DNA of 64,000 nt from Leptospira sp. (GCA_034439575.1 JAWXAQ010000022.1:99684-163683); one strand, 5' to 3'; counted from the first letter of the stretch, positions 1-10,528 are shown. Program-made: numbers and translations. Notes: generated by a model not told the origin, from the sequence alone.

Positions 1-490
1 CTCTCTCATACTATTGTTAGGTGTATTTATTATAGGAATTGTTTTAGATAACCGAAAAATAGCCGCTAACAAAAAAATATTACTCGAAAAATACAAAAGT
101 GGAATCGGTGGTGAAATTGGTGATGATGAAGACGTTCTCCTTACGGCCGCAGCAAAATTAAAAGCTGAGAAAAAGAAAACAGAAATCTATCGACTTTTCC
201 TATCTAAGGAAAGTATCTTAGATTTAATGAATGATGCATCAGAACAATTTCCAAGTTCTGAATCTCTGCCATTTGTTTTGGATCAATTCAATTTCGAAGA
301 AAATGAAATTCAAATTTATGGTAGGGTCAATGAATTTGGTGAGATTGGAACGATTCAATCTGCTTTAGAAAAATCAGAAAAATTTACGAATATACAAGTA
401 TTAAATAAAAGGCTTATAACAGGGGTTAATAAGCTGAAAGTAAGTTTTAAAATTAAAATGGATTTAGTGATACCGAAGGATGACCTCTAA
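1..490 (+). CDS. gspL: Type II secretion system protein GspL/PilN-like, C-terminal part (probably truncated by the window start)
   Basis: TM segment followed by a PilN/GspL-like periplasmic domain (IQIYG...IQSALEKSEKFTNIQV). Stop overlaps the start of the GspM-like gene. Confidence 0.6.
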   Translation, partial: SLILLLGVFIIGIVLDNRKIAANKKILLEKYKSGIGGEIGDDEDVLLTAAAKLKAEKKKTEIYRLFLSKESILDLMNDASEQFPSSESLPFVLDQFNFEENEIQIYGRVNEFGEIGTIQSALEKSEKFTNIQVLNKRLITGVNKLKVSFKIKMDLVIPKDDL

Positions 491-1014
491 TGCTTGATCG
501 ATTAAATGATAGAGAAAGGATTTTAGTTTTCGGTGCTATAACGCTTGTATCGATCCTTGGAATTTATACTATATTATCTTTGTTTGTTGATTTGCGAAAT
601 AAATTAACTGAAGAAATTTATGAAACAAGATCCCAGGCGACGCAATTGGACAGGATCATTCGAGAATATAACTATTTGCGAAGTTTGCAAACAGGCGGTA
701 GCGAAGAAGATGTAAGTGTTATGTATTCGAAATTGGATCAAATAATGGTGAGATATAATCTTAAAGATAAAGTTCAAACTATGAAAGATTCAAATACTGT
801 GATACGAAAAGATTATAATAAAATCACAATTGATGTTTCATTTCGTTCCGTTTTGTTACAAGATGTGATCAAAATGATATACGATATTGAAAAAAACAAA
901 CAAGTACAAGCAAAAGTTGATTATTTAACATTTCGAAAACCATTTGCTGAAAAAGAAGTATATGATATTAACTTGAAAATTTCATCTTATAGTCGTATAA
1001 CAAAAGGTAAATAA
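490..1014 (+). CDS. gspM: Type II secretion system protein GspM-like
   Basis: N-terminal LNDRERIL plus TM, coiled coil and a ferredoxin-like C-terminus typical of GspM/PilO. Lies between gspL-like and gspN-like genes. Confidence 0.65.
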   Translation: MLDRLNDRERILVFGAITLVSILGIYTILSLFVDLRNKLTEEIYETRSQATQLDRIIREYNYLRSLQTGGSEEDVSVMYSKLDQIMVRYNLKDKVQTMKDSNTVIRKDYNKITIDVSFRSVLLQDVIKMIYDIEKNKQVQAKVDYLTFRKPFAEKEVYDINLKISSYSRITKGK

Positions 1015-1016
1015 TT

Positions 1017-2024
1017 ATGGCTAAAGAAAAAAATACCCCAATAGATTCTGATTTAAATGAAGATGAATTTATCGATGCTGACTTACTTCAAGAATCATTA
1101 TTGGAAGAAAATGCGTCTGACAATGAAGATTTGGATGATCATGAAGAACACGAAGAAATTAGTAAATTAGATTCAAGAAAGATTGTTTTGTTAGTTGGTC
1201 TTGGCTTTTTGTCATTTGTCATTTTTTTACTTTTTACTTTTCCCTTAGATGAAATGGTTCGTTCTGTTTTAGTTCAGACATCCAAAGATTCGGGAATCAT
1301 ACTGGAAGCTAAAGAAATCCATTTTCCTTTTCTCGGAAGAAAGTCATTTGATTCTTTTTCAGCCCAGTTCTCTAGCGGAACGGTTGTTAAAGCCGAAGAA
1401 TTGAGTGTCTCTGTTTCAGTTTTAGGATTATTAAATCAAAGAATTGATGGTGATGCTGAATTTGGTTTTTTCAAATTCGATGGTGGCGAATTATCTTTTC
1501 AATTCCGCTCTATTGTCTTTCCACTGCGAATTACTTCCATTGAAGACAAGATTACAAAATGGAATGGAGAAGGTGAGATTGAGTTTTCTGGAGGTAAAAT
1601 TTTTGAATCCATGGAGATCCCTATGCTTGGTTCTTTAAAAGGGCACGAGATAAGGAAAGGAAGTCTTCAATTCAAAATCCGATCCGGTAAATTATTAATC
1701 GAAAAGGGTAATATCGATTCAAGTATTGCAAAGATAAATTTTCAAGGTGTGATAAGACTTTCAGACGCTATCAACTTATCTCAGTTAGAGTTAAAAGTTT
1801 GCGCCACTCTGAACGAAAAATTTGCTCTCGAGAGGCAAGATATTGCAGGGCTTGCCACTTTGTTACCACAAGAAAACGGTAAAATTTGTGTTCCGATTCG
1901 AGGAAGTATTTCTTCACCTAAGGTTGATGTTCCTAACTTAAACCAGTTTGGGAATACTACAGGGATACAGACGGAAAAAACTGAAATAGAGCCGGCAAAC
2001 TTAGAACCCGCGCCGACTCCTTAA
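1017..2024 (+). CDS. gspN: Type II secretion system protein GspN
   Basis: Acidic N-tail, TM ending FLLFTFPLDE, beta-rich body ending VPIRGSISSPKV. Operon position fits. Confidence 0.65.
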   Translation: MAKEKNTPIDSDLNEDEFIDADLLQESLLEENASDNEDLDDHEEHEEISKLDSRKIVLLVGLGFLSFVIFLLFTFPLDEMVRSVLVQTSKDSGIILEAKEIHFPFLGRKSFDSFSAQFSSGTVVKAEELSVSVSVLGLLNQRIDGDAEFGFFKFDGGELSFQFRSIVFPLRITSIEDKITKWNGEGEIEFSGGKIFESMEIPMLGSLKGHEIRKGSLQFKIRSGKLLIEKGNIDSSIAKINFQGVIRLSDAINLSQLELKVCATLNEKFALERQDIAGLATLLPQENGKICVPIRGSISSPKVDVPNLNQFGNTTGIQTEKTEIEPANLEPAPTP

Positions 2025-2032
2025 GCAAATTT

Positions 2033-2064
2033 TAGTAGTCTATCAATTTATTCAAAGGCTACTA
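2033..2064. terminator. Hairpin between convergent gspN and nrdJ
   Basis: TAGTAGTCT...AGGCTACTA inverted repeat in the 40-nt gap. Confidence 0.4.
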
Positions 2065-5000
2065 CTATGAGCAACCAGTTGTAGCTCCACATGAGATACA
2101 CTTCAAACAAGCACCATTACGCACCATTTGAAAAGATCCGCATTCTGTACAAGAATCTCCCGTATAACCCTTGATTCGCGCCTCAGCAATATTTCTAAGA
2201 GTCTCAGCGGTCGTCGCTGTTCCCGCCAGTGTTGTATTTCCTGAAGAAACCATAACACTCGCGAGTACTGGTTCAGGCGCTTTGTCCGTTAAGGCTGTTT
2301 TCATAGATAGTGGTGAAACCGGCAACGGTGCTTTATAACCGTTGTTACTTGACTTTCCCACAACATCTTCCTTAGGAGTTTCTGCCTTTCTACCAACTTC
2401 ATCAGTTCTAAGATCCTCTGGTGAAACTTGTGCAAGGTCATAACGTCCAAGATAAGTAACAGCAAGCTCTCTAAATATATAATCAATCACAGAAGTCGAC
2501 ATCTTAAGATGTGCATTCCCAGACACCATACCATTTGGTTCAAACTTGAAGAATGTGAAGGCTTCTACAAATTCTTCTAATGGAACACCATGTTGGAGAC
2601 CAAGGGAGATTGCGATAGCAAAAGCATTCATCAATGAGCGAAATGCCGCACCTTCTTTGTGCATATCTATAAAAATCTCGCCTAACTGACCATCTTCGTA
2701 TTCGCCTGTGCGAAGATATACTTTGTGTCCCCCAACCATCGCTTTTTGCGTATAACCTGCTCTGCGATGTGGTAGTTTTCTTCTCTCTGAAATGTATTTA
2801 TAAACTAACTTCTCTGCAACTTCAGTTACAGACTTAGGCATAACATTTGCTAATGGTTTTTCTTCTTCAGTTTCCTCTTCGATAGAACTAAGAAGTTGGT
2901 ACACAGAATTGAGTGGTTGCGAAAGTTTTGAACCATCACGATACAATGCGTTTGCTTTGATCATGACTTTCCAAGACATAAGGTATGCATTTTTTACATC
3001 GTCAATGGTTGCTTCTTCTGGTAGATTGATTGTTTTTGAAATCGCACCAGAGATGAACGGTTGAGCCGCTGCCATAATTCGAATGTGAGAAGGATAAGAT
3101 AAATATCTTTTTCCATACTTACCGCATTTATTAGCACAATCGAAAACAGGTAGATCCTTTTCTTTGATATAAGGAGCATTTTCAATTGTCATTGTACCAC
3201 AGACATAGTCATTCGCCTGACTAATGTCATCTTGTGTAAAACCCAAATACTCAAGTAAATTGAAACTTCCATTGTTATATAAGGAAGGATCAATGCCCAA
3301 AGTTTTATTGAAAAAGTCTTCACCTAGCGTGTATTTATTGAAAGCGAATTGAATATCAAAAACAAAGGGGAGTTGTTTTTCTAATTTTTCTAGCAGATCT
3401 TCCGTAAAACCTTTTTCTTTGAGACGTGCTGTGTTAACTCCAGGTGCACCATTGAAAGTCGCATGTCCTTTACAATAGTTTACGATGGCGTCTTGTTCTG
3501 CTTGCGAATAGCCAAGTTTTTTAAGAGCAAGAGGCACAGATTGGTTGATGATTTTAAAATATCCACCACCAGCCAGTTTTTTGAATTTTACTAAAGCAAA
3601 ATCAGGTTCAATTCCCGTTGTATCACAATCCATCACAAGACCAATGGTTCCCGTCGGGGCAATCACTGTTACTTGCGCATTACGATATCCAAATTGATTC
3701 CCAAGTTCCAACGCTCTGTCAGAATCTTCTTTCGCTGCTTCCAAGAGGTAACTAGGAAGGTATGATGGATTGATACCAATTGGTGTAATGGTTAATCCTT
3801 CGTATTCTTCTTTAGGAGCATTGTATGCAGCACGTCTATGGTTACGAATCACACGTAACATGTGTTCTTTGTTTTTCTTATAACCATCAAATGTTCCGAG
3901 TTCACTAGCCATTTCTGCCGAAGTCGCATACGCTGTCATATGCATGATGCTTGATATGGCTCCAGTTACTGCCATAGCTTCCGGGCTATCATATGGAATT
4001 CCCATAACCATAAGTAAGGAACCTAAATTCGCATAACCAAGGCCAAGTGTTCTGAACTTGTAAGAAAGTTCTGCAATTTCCTTGGAAGGAAACTGAGCCA
4101 TCAAAACTGAAATCTCAAGGATAATGGTCCAAATTTTATTTAGATAACGGTATCCTTCCACATCGAAACTACCATCTTCTTTGAAAAATTTGACTAAGTT
4201 CGCTGATGCTAAATTGCAGGCAGTGTTGTCCAAAAACATATATTCTGAACAAGGATTTGAAGCATTGATTGCTCCGTCTTCTGGGCAAGTGTGCCATTCA
4301 TTAATGGTTGTATGATACTGAGTGCCAGGGTCTGCAGAGCTCCAAGCCGCATTAGATATTTTTTCCCAAAGGTCGCGAGCCCGAACTGTTTTTGCTGGTT
4401 TTGGTTCGCGGGATTCTCTTTTGGATTTTTCTTTTTCTGTGCGATTGTAGAGGTGGAAGGGTAGGTCTTTCTCGACGGCTTCCATAAAATCATTAGTGAT
4501 TCGTACTGAATTGTTTGAGTTTTGACCTGATACGGTATTATATGCTTCAGACTGCCAATCCGTTGTTAGTTCTTCAAATAAAATATCTTTGTAACCTTGT
4601 TTTGCTAAATCCAAAACTCGTTTGATATAATTGTCTGGGATAAATGATTTGCGTGCTTTTTGAATGGCAAGTTTTAGGCTTGAGTTTGCCAATGGGTCAT
4701 ACGCTTTTTCTTCACCAAGTGTCTGTTTTGCTTGGTTACATGCAGCCATAATTTCATTGAGAAGACGATTGTTAAGTATGGAACCTGTGACGAGAGATGC
4801 TACTTTTTTCTCTTCTTGTACTTTCCAATCTATAAATTCTTCAATGTCTGGGTGATCCATATCCAAACAGACCATCTTTGCCGCGCGTCTTGTGGTTCCA
4901 CCAGATTTAATGGCACCAGCGGCACGATCACCGATTTTCAAAAATGACATGAGGCCAGAACTTTTCCCGCCACCTGACAAGGATTCGTTGCCGGCACGGA

Positions 5001-5712
5001 TGTTTGAAAAATTTGTCCCTGTTCCAGAACCATATTTAAAAAGGCGTGCTTCACGAACCCATAAGTCCATGATTCCGCCTTCATTGACTAAATCATCATC
5101 AACTGATTGAATGAAACAAGCATGAGGTTGTGGGTGTTCGTAAGAAGATGTAGACCTTACTAGTTTTGCCGATTTTGGGTCCACATAATAATGGCCTTGA
5201 GACTTACCATCTATGCCATAAGCCCAATGTAGTCCTGTATTAAACCATTGCGGGGAGTTAGGTGCAGCCATTTGGCTTGCCAACATAAAGATCGTTTCTT
5301 CATAAAAATTACGCGCACTATCTTCGTCAGTGAAATAACCGTGTTTGTATCCCCAATATGTCCAACATCCTGCTAGGCGATGAAACACTTGTTTTGTGTC
5401 GGATTCCCCAATGAATCGATCTTCTGGCTTTAATGCAGAAAGTTTTTCTTCATCAGGCTCTGACCTTTGGAGCCATTCAGGGATTCCTTTCTCAGCTACC
5501 TTTTTCAGGTATTTAGGAACTCCTTTTCTACGGAAATATTTTTGAGAGATGATATCTGTTGCTACTTGCGACCAAAAATCTGGAACTTCTACATCGTTTG
5601 CTTCAAATACGATTGAACCATCGGGATTGGTAATTCTTGAATCCTTACGTAACCAGGTAATTCCTGGATAAAGTCCCGTTTTTTCCTTTGTAAAATGCCT
5701 CTCGATTTTCAT
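2065..5712 (-). CDS. nrdJ: Adenosylcobalamin-dependent (class II) ribonucleotide reductase with C-terminal TSCPD domain and zinc ribbon
   Basis: [33 protein letters not shown] and ISKTIN motifs; C-terminal CTECG...CLKCISCG. Confidence 0.95.
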   Translation of the reverse strand: MKIERHFTKEKTGLYPGITWLRKDSRITNPDGSIVFEANDVEVPDFWSQVATDIISQKYFRRKGVPKYLKKVAEKGIPEWLQRSEPDEEKLSALKPEDRFIGESDTKQVFHRLAGCWTYWGYKHGYFTDEDSARNFYEETIFMLASQMAAPNSPQWFNTGLHWAYGIDGKSQGHYYVDPKSAKLVRSTSSYEHPQPHACFIQSVDDDLVNEGGIMDLWVREARLFKYGSGTGTNFSNIRAGNESLSGGGKSSGLMSFLKIGDRAAGAIKSGGTTRRAAKMVCLDMDHPDIEEFIDWKVQEEKKVASLVTGSILNNRLLNEIMAACNQAKQTLGEEKAYDPLANSSLKLAIQKARKSFIPDNYIKRVLDLAKQGYKDILFEELTTDWQSEAYNTVSGQNSNNSVRITNDFMEAVEKDLPFHLYNRTEKEKSKRESREPKPAKTVRARDLWEKISNAAWSSADPGTQYHTTINEWHTCPEDGAINASNPCSEYMFLDNTACNLASANLVKFFKEDGSFDVEGYRYLNKIWTIILEISVLMAQFPSKEIAELSYKFRTLGLGYANLGSLLMVMGIPYDSPEAMAVTGAISSIMHMTAYATSAEMASELGTFDGYKKNKEHMLRVIRNHRRAAYNAPKEEYEGLTITPIGINPSYLPSYLLEAAKEDSDRALELGNQFGYRNAQVTVIAPTGTIGLVMDCDTTGIEPDFALVKFKKLAGGGYFKIINQSVPLALKKLGYSQAEQDAIVNYCKGHATFNGAPGVNTARLKEKGFTEDLLEKLEKQLPFVFDIQFAFNKYTLGEDFFNKTLGIDPSLYNNGSFNLLEYLGFTQDDISQANDYVCGTMTIENAPYIKEKDLPVFDCANKCGKYGKRYLSYPSHIRIMAAAQPFISGAISKTINLPEEATIDDVKNAYLMSWKVMIKANALYRDGSKLSQPLNSVYQLLSSIEEETEEEKPLANVMPKSVTEVAEKLVYKYISERRKLPHRRAGYTQKAMVGGHKVYLRTGEYEDGQLGEIFIDMHKEGAAFRSLMNAFAIAISLGLQHGVPLEEFVEAFTFFKFEPNGMVSGNAHLKMSTSVIDYIFRELAVTYLGRYDLAQVSPEDLRTDEVGRKAETPKEDVVGKSSNNGYKAPLPVSPLSMKTALTDKAPEPVLASVMVSSGNTTLAGTATTAETLRNIAEARIKGYTGDSCTECGSFQMVRNGACLKCISCGATTGCS

Positions 5713-5882
5713 GCAAACCCCATCTCAACTATTTATATGTAATTATGTCGCCGTATTTGAGCAATACGGATTATGTCACAATATCGAAATCGAAAGTTTG
5801 AAACATTCATTTTTTCACTCCAAAGAGATACTTCGTCTGCTTTTTTTTTGTCAGAGAAAAGATTACGTCATATCTTTTTATC

Positions 5883-5910
5883 TTGACCCATAGACCGATA
5901 TTTTTATTAT
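5883..5910 (+). promoter_or_regulatory. Sigma70-type promoter of tRNA-Asn
   Basis: TTGACC-16 nt-TATTAT followed by GC-rich GGCCAG, 19 nt before the tRNA. Confidence 0.6.
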
Positions 5911-5929
5911 GGCCAGAGAGTTTGGTTAT

Positions 5930-6010
<81 letters not shown>

Positions 6011-6054
6011 GTCTTCATTTTTCCTTGTTTGATTCCACTTGATTTAGACTCATA

Positions 6055-6726
6055 TTGCGGTTGCAAAGATTGTTTTTAAAACGCAACTTAATCCTAACAA
6101 TTTATTTCTCTTTATCGTTTCATTCGCTATTTCCAAATTCCATACTAAAACAAATTCCCGAGACCACCTCGCAAGTGTTACTTGTCACACATTCACAAGA
6201 TACGGAGGAAACTTATCTCGAAGTACTCGAATTGGTTTTGGACGAATGGAAAGTTGTGAAACCATTGATTTCTGTTTCAATCGGAAAGTCAGGATTGATT
6301 GAAGCCAGAAAAAAGCGTGAAGGAGATGGAAAAACACCAATCGGATTCTATCCTATAGAAAGGGCCTATGGATTTGAAGAGTTTCCAAATTTTAGAATAA
6401 ATTATACCAAATTGAAAGAAGATGATCTCTGGATAGATGATCCAAAATCAAAATTTTATAATCAACAGACATCGTTAAAAAAATCAAAATTAAAAAAACA
6501 TCGTTTATCTGAATCGCGAAACATCTATCAGCTTTTTTTAGTCATTGAACATAACACAAAAAGACCAATTCCATACCATGGAAGTATGCTATTTTTACAT
6601 CCTTGGGAAGCCACAAATGGGCCGACGTCTGGATGCATTGGTCTAGAGTTTCAGGAGTTAAAAGAAATCGCAGAATGGCTAGATCCAAAACAAAAGCCAT
6701 ATTTGGTCATTATTGATAAGGAATGA
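6055..6726 (+). CDS. L,D-transpeptidase (YkuD-like) family protein
   Basis: KREGDGKTPIG and GSMLFLH...TSGCI catalytic His/Cys motif. Start (TTG) uncertain. Confidence 0.85.
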   Translation: MRLQRLFLKRNLILTIYFSLSFHSLFPNSILKQIPETTSQVLLVTHSQDTEETYLEVLELVLDEWKVVKPLISVSIGKSGLIEARKKREGDGKTPIGFYPIERAYGFEEFPNFRINYTKLKEDDLWIDDPKSKFYNQQTSLKKSKLKKHRLSESRNIYQLFLVIEHNTKRPIPYHGSMLFLHPWEATNGPTSGCIGLEFQELKEIAEWLDPKQKPYLVIIDKE

Positions 6727-6807
6727 AGTAAAAATTCGAGTTTAAGTGCTTTCACATTTGAAGTCTCAAATTGCTTTTGAATACCTCTTCTTTTGACGCA
6801 ATATGGG

Positions 6808-6835
6808 ACTTCCCATAATGTATATTATGTCGCAT
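6808..6835. other. dif-like XerC/XerD recombination site
   Basis: ACTTCCCATAA-TGTATA-TTATGTCGCAT, 11-6-11 layout. The 17-nt core CATAATGTATATTATGT is identical to E. coli dif. Intergenic. Confidence 0.75.
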
Positions 6836-6905
6836 ACGAAAAAGTAACCAATTGGAAGTAGAAAGACACATCGGTAACACTTTGAACAAGGCACATCGGT
6901 TAAGC

Positions 6906-6950
6906 AGTATCTATCGTTTAATTCTTAAATCACGATAAACAATAGATACT
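6906..6950 (-). terminator. 15-bp hairpin downstream of the porin gene
   Basis: AGTATCTATCGTTTA...TAAACAATAGATACT; the single mismatch becomes a G-U pair on the minus-strand RNA. No clear U-tract. Confidence 0.5.
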
Positions 6951-6974
6951 AATTTTAAGTTTCAGAGAATCTTA

Positions 6975-8675
6975 TTAAAAACTAATCGTCATCATCAAAT
7001 AGGCAAATTGCGCCGTTTTACCTACGTTATTTGCAAAATAACCTGGTGCGCCGATGGTATTGTCGTTGACCCGATTCCGAATGGCATCTCCTGCAAATAG
7101 CAAACTATATCCCAATTCAAAATTTACCGAACGGTAAGGAATGCTGTATTTAAAATCAATTTCCCGGAATAAACTTCGGCGCAGATACGAAACGGGTCTA
7201 TTTTCCCCAGCTCCTTTTTCTGAATAAACATTGCTTAGATTATATTGGTTGTTGGAAAGAGATTCTGTGCTGGCGCCAACCTTTGCCGTTCCTGAAACAT
7301 CATACCAACTATCTTGTAACTTGTGTTTTTCGATAGCAAAATAATCTATTCGGAAGGTTCCATACTTTTCTAAGTTATATGTAAAATTCACTGACTTTGC
7401 TTTCATATTCACCCAACTGATTTGATCTGCCATTCCATAAAAGGCATGGTTTGTATGGAATAAGTTTTGGAATGTGGCTACTGATCCATCAGATCGATTT
7501 GGATCACCGCTTCCCACATCATAACCTGCACCTAATCTAATTTTATCGATTGTATATCCAATATCAATTCCAAGGGCGTAGGTTTTATATTTTACTTTTT
7601 CTGAATATAAATTCCTTTGATATGTTAATCCCGTCAAAGGATCGATTACTTCTAGGTCAGTTTTTATAGTGTCCCATGCAGGTCGAATGGTTTGACCGGT
7701 CGTTCCAGATTGCATTGCATACTCTACTGAGTAATCAAATGCTTGTGTTGATTTTTTATTGGGCAATGTTTTATTTGTTAATCGTATTCCATATGTATGA
7801 AGGATATCACGCCTGCCAGCTCTGGATTCGGGTGTACCAGTATCACCTGTAGTAAGGGCAACAGCTTGATTTGTTTTTAAATATTCTTTTTGGTACCCTA
7901 AATAATACAAATCTATATGCAATAATTCTGATGGTTTAATCGTATTATAAAAACCAGTAAAGTATGAATCGCCTAATTCTTGTTTAGGAGCATCAATTCC
8001 GAGTTTGCAGGATACTTTCGCATCTGGGGGACAATTGAATGTTGGGTTGTATAGATTTTTTTGTCCATGAATTGTGGTATTTCCGACAATATCCGAGTGC
8101 CGTTCTGAAACAGCAGTAACCCAAATGTGCGAGGAAAGATATTTAGTTTCCGATTTGACTCGTAAGCCATCAAAACTTCGTCCTACATTTGTCCATTCGA
8201 GTGCACCTACCAAACGTTCATCCCCATATTTCAATAATTGCCGACCCATTTGCACATGAAGGGGAATTTCTAGAATATTTTTCACTTCTAAGTACGCCTC
8301 CCGTATATCCGTGCTTTGGCGGGTATTATCATTGGCAGTAGATAATCCAGTGGGTGAACCTTTTTCTCCTCCCCAAACACGTGCATCTTGAAATGTAATT
8401 TTAGCAAATACGTCTTTTGAAAATTCTTTCTGAATCCAAAACTGTAATTTTTGTCCGACAAAATCAACATTGTCATTGGTATTTTTGTTGAAATCAAAAT
8501 TGTATTTCATCTCGGGTCTAACTCGTAACATAGCGCCTGTTTGGAAGCCTTCCGTCCAAGTGGGAAGAGAAACGTCCTTGGTTTGTTCTGGTTTAGATTC
8601 TTCAGAAAACAATGAGAGGTGGAAAAATACCATTAAGACCAAAATTAAGCTGAATGGTAAGTGAAAATTTTTCAT
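6975..8675 (-). CDS. Alginate export (AlgE-like) outer-membrane beta-barrel protein
   Basis: Signal peptide; RVRPE, FQDARVWG, REAYL, GRQLLKYGDERLVG...W..VGRSFDG, GSGD and TFQNLFHTNHAFYG motifs; C-terminal Phe. Confidence 0.85.
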   Translation of the reverse strand: MKNFHLPFSLILVLMVFFHLSLFSEESKPEQTKDVSLPTWTEGFQTGAMLRVRPEMKYNFDFNKNTNDNVDFVGQKLQFWIQKEFSKDVFAKITFQDARVWGGEKGSPTGLSTANDNTRQSTDIREAYLEVKNILEIPLHVQMGRQLLKYGDERLVGALEWTNVGRSFDGLRVKSETKYLSSHIWVTAVSERHSDIVGNTTIHGQKNLYNPTFNCPPDAKVSCKLGIDAPKQELGDSYFTGFYNTIKPSELLHIDLYYLGYQKEYLKTNQAVALTTGDTGTPESRAGRRDILHTYGIRLTNKTLPNKKSTQAFDYSVEYAMQSGTTGQTIRPAWDTIKTDLEVIDPLTGLTYQRNLYSEKVKYKTYALGIDIGYTIDKIRLGAGYDVGSGDPNRSDGSVATFQNLFHTNHAFYGMADQISWVNMKAKSVNFTYNLEKYGTFRIDYFAIEKHKLQDSWYDVSGTAKVGASTESLSNNQYNLSNVYSEKGAGENRPVSYLRRSLFREIDFKYSIPYRSVNFELGYSLLFAGDAIRNRVNDNTIGAPGYFANNVGKTAQFAYLMMTISF

Positions 8676-8963
8676 TTAAAATATCCTTTTTCAAAATTGT
8701 AATGAAATGGAATGCAATTATCGTACACTTTGTTACAAATTTGATTGGAATTTTATTATTTGAACAGATTGGAGCTTTCTAACGGAAACAATGCTTATTA
8801 TTTGCAAATTGATCGAATTATTAGCACATTAAGTCTAAGTACTAAAATCATCACTGCCACTAAATGATCAGTATTGCTGTACTAATTGGCAAATTGCTTT
8901 CTATACTTTCATTTTCTTATTTTTCTTGACCAATTGATGAATTTGTAATATCCCATTAGCCAA

Positions 8964-9416
8964 ATGAATGGATTTAGAAATGCTTCCTATGTTGGTTTTG
9001 TTCTCTATATGTTCGGAATAATACTTTTTATGTATGGTTTTTATAATCTTAGCATTGAAAAGGATTTGGACCAAAAAGGTTTAAAGACGACGGGTGAAGT
9101 TTATGATTTGGAAGTGACAGAACCTTACCGTCAAGCTTGGGTTATTTTCAAAACAGAGAAAGGACAAACGGTTCGTTTTTTAGATAAACTCTTTTGGAAT
9201 CATAGTTTTGAGAAATACAAAAAAGGCCAAAAAGTTGAAGTTTTGTATGACCCTGCGAATCCCATTCAAACAGCCGTGATCAATGATTTTTTCCAAAGAA
9301 CTACAGCACCTTGGTGGCCCGTGATCGTCGGTGGAATCGTATTTCTAGTAGGATTTATCATGCGCAAAATCATGCTTAGAAAAGCAAAAGAACTAGATGC
9401 TCGTTTGAATCGATAA
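8964..9416 (+). CDS. DUF3592-like membrane protein
   Basis: TM, then G..TTGEV...F.T..G...Y..GQKVEVLYDPANP, then a second TM. Confidence 0.7.
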   Translation: MNGFRNASYVGFVLYMFGIILFMYGFYNLSIEKDLDQKGLKTTGEVYDLEVTEPYRQAWVIFKTEKGQTVRFLDKLFWNHSFEKYKKGQKVEVLYDPANPIQTAVINDFFQRTTAPWWPVIVGGIVFLVGFIMRKIMLRKAKELDARLNR

Positions 9417-9449
9417 CCAAGCAGATATTCGGTGAATATCGCTTTGAGA

Positions 9450-9499
9450 ATGAAAAAGGAGAACAATTCGCCTGACAAGTGAATGTCTTCCTTTTTCAT
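9450..9499. terminator. Bidirectional terminator between convergent genes
   Basis: ATGAAAAAGGA...TCCTTTTTCAT inverted repeat. Confidence 0.55.
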
Positions 9500-9513
9500 A
9501 AAGTCGTTGTCGA

Positions 9514-9954
9514 TTACTTTTTAATTAAATTTTCTTGCGTTTGTGTGACAGGGATTGCTTTTGTTGCATCCTTTTCAATTTTTAAAAATTCGGAGAGACT
9601 TAGGGGGTCGTTTGATTTGAGTTCATCTGAGTCACTAGCAACTGCTACACCTTCTGTTGTTGATCTTGTGGAACATGCAGACAGGTTGGAACAAGAGCTA
9701 GAGCTACTGCAAAAACTAGACGCTGTACATGTGTATGGTGCCGAAGAGGAACATCCACCAGATGTACCAGCAAAGTAACAAGAAGAAGTGGAACTAGAAG
9801 AACTTGATCGACTTAGTAAACTTATTAATAAAAGAAGAGTGAAATACTCATCATTTTGTCTTTTTTCTTTTTCTGCAGCTGTTTCACCACCGCAAGACAT
9901 GTTAGTTCCAATTACAAATGCAAATAGCACAATTGTTGTAATTATTTTTTTCAT
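9514..9954 (-). CDS. Putative lipoprotein with a Ser/Cys-rich domain (146 aa, start re-assigned to MKKIITT)
   Basis: AAAGGA RBS, signal peptide with lipobox-like TNMSC, poly-Ser tract and six further Cys. Confidence 0.7.
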   Translation of the reverse strand: MKKIITTIVLFAFVIGTNMSCGGETAAEKEKRQNDEYFTLLLLISLLSRSSSSSSTSSCYFAGTSGGCSSSAPYTCTASSFCSSSSSCSNLSACSTRSTTEGVAVASDSDELKSNDPLSLSEFLKIEKDATKAIPVTQTQENLIKK

Positions 9955-10060
9955 AAATTTTCCTTTTTGGTTCCCCTTAAATTTTGGTAATTTCATAAAA
10001 AATGAATATCTAAAACAGGTGGTCAATGAAAAAACTAATACGAATTCTGTGATATGATTC

Positions 10061-10528
10061 TTATTCTGATATTAATTGAATATCACTAGAATTAATTAGA
10101 TATCTACTGCCATCGACTACAGAAAAAGATAAAGAATGAACTTTGAGGTATATAATTTCGTTCGAATAATCAGTTTTAGCTATATTACAATATTTGCTTG
10201 TTGCTGGAGGTAATTTCGATTTCCAAATGCATAATAATTCTGGAGTTTTTCTCCCTTCTGGGATCAGAACCAGATCATTTTTATCATATGCAAATATTAA
10301 TAATTTGGCATCTCGTATCGTATCTTCGGCTGAAATATTTTTGAGTTCAACAGAAGCAGAGATTTGTCTGTGATTTTTATCCAACTCCTGATTCATTTTA
10401 AGAAATACGTAGTAACCATTTTCTCTTGCAAGTAATTCCTTTTTGGTGATGAACTCTGTCGTTTTGAAACAATGATTGAAACTTAAAAATAAAACTACTG
10501 AAAGTTTCAATCCTCTGAGTTTTTTCAT
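10061..10528 (-). CDS. Hypothetical putative lipoprotein
   Basis: MKKL signal peptide ending FNHC. Starts directly after the stop of the SPFH gene. Confidence 0.6.
   Translation of the reverse strand: MKKLRGLKLSVVLFLSFNHCFKTTEFITKKELLARENGYYVFLKMNQELDKNHRQISASVELKNISAEDTIRDAKLLIFAYDKNDLVLIPEGRKTPELLCIWKSKLPPATSKYCNIAKTDYSNEIIYLKVHSLSFSVVDGSRYLINSSDIQLISE

Noticed and set aside
9479-10057. Plus-strand ORFs 9479-9778 and 9788-10057
   Set aside because: Antisense shadows of the lipoprotein gene, which has the RBS and signal peptide.
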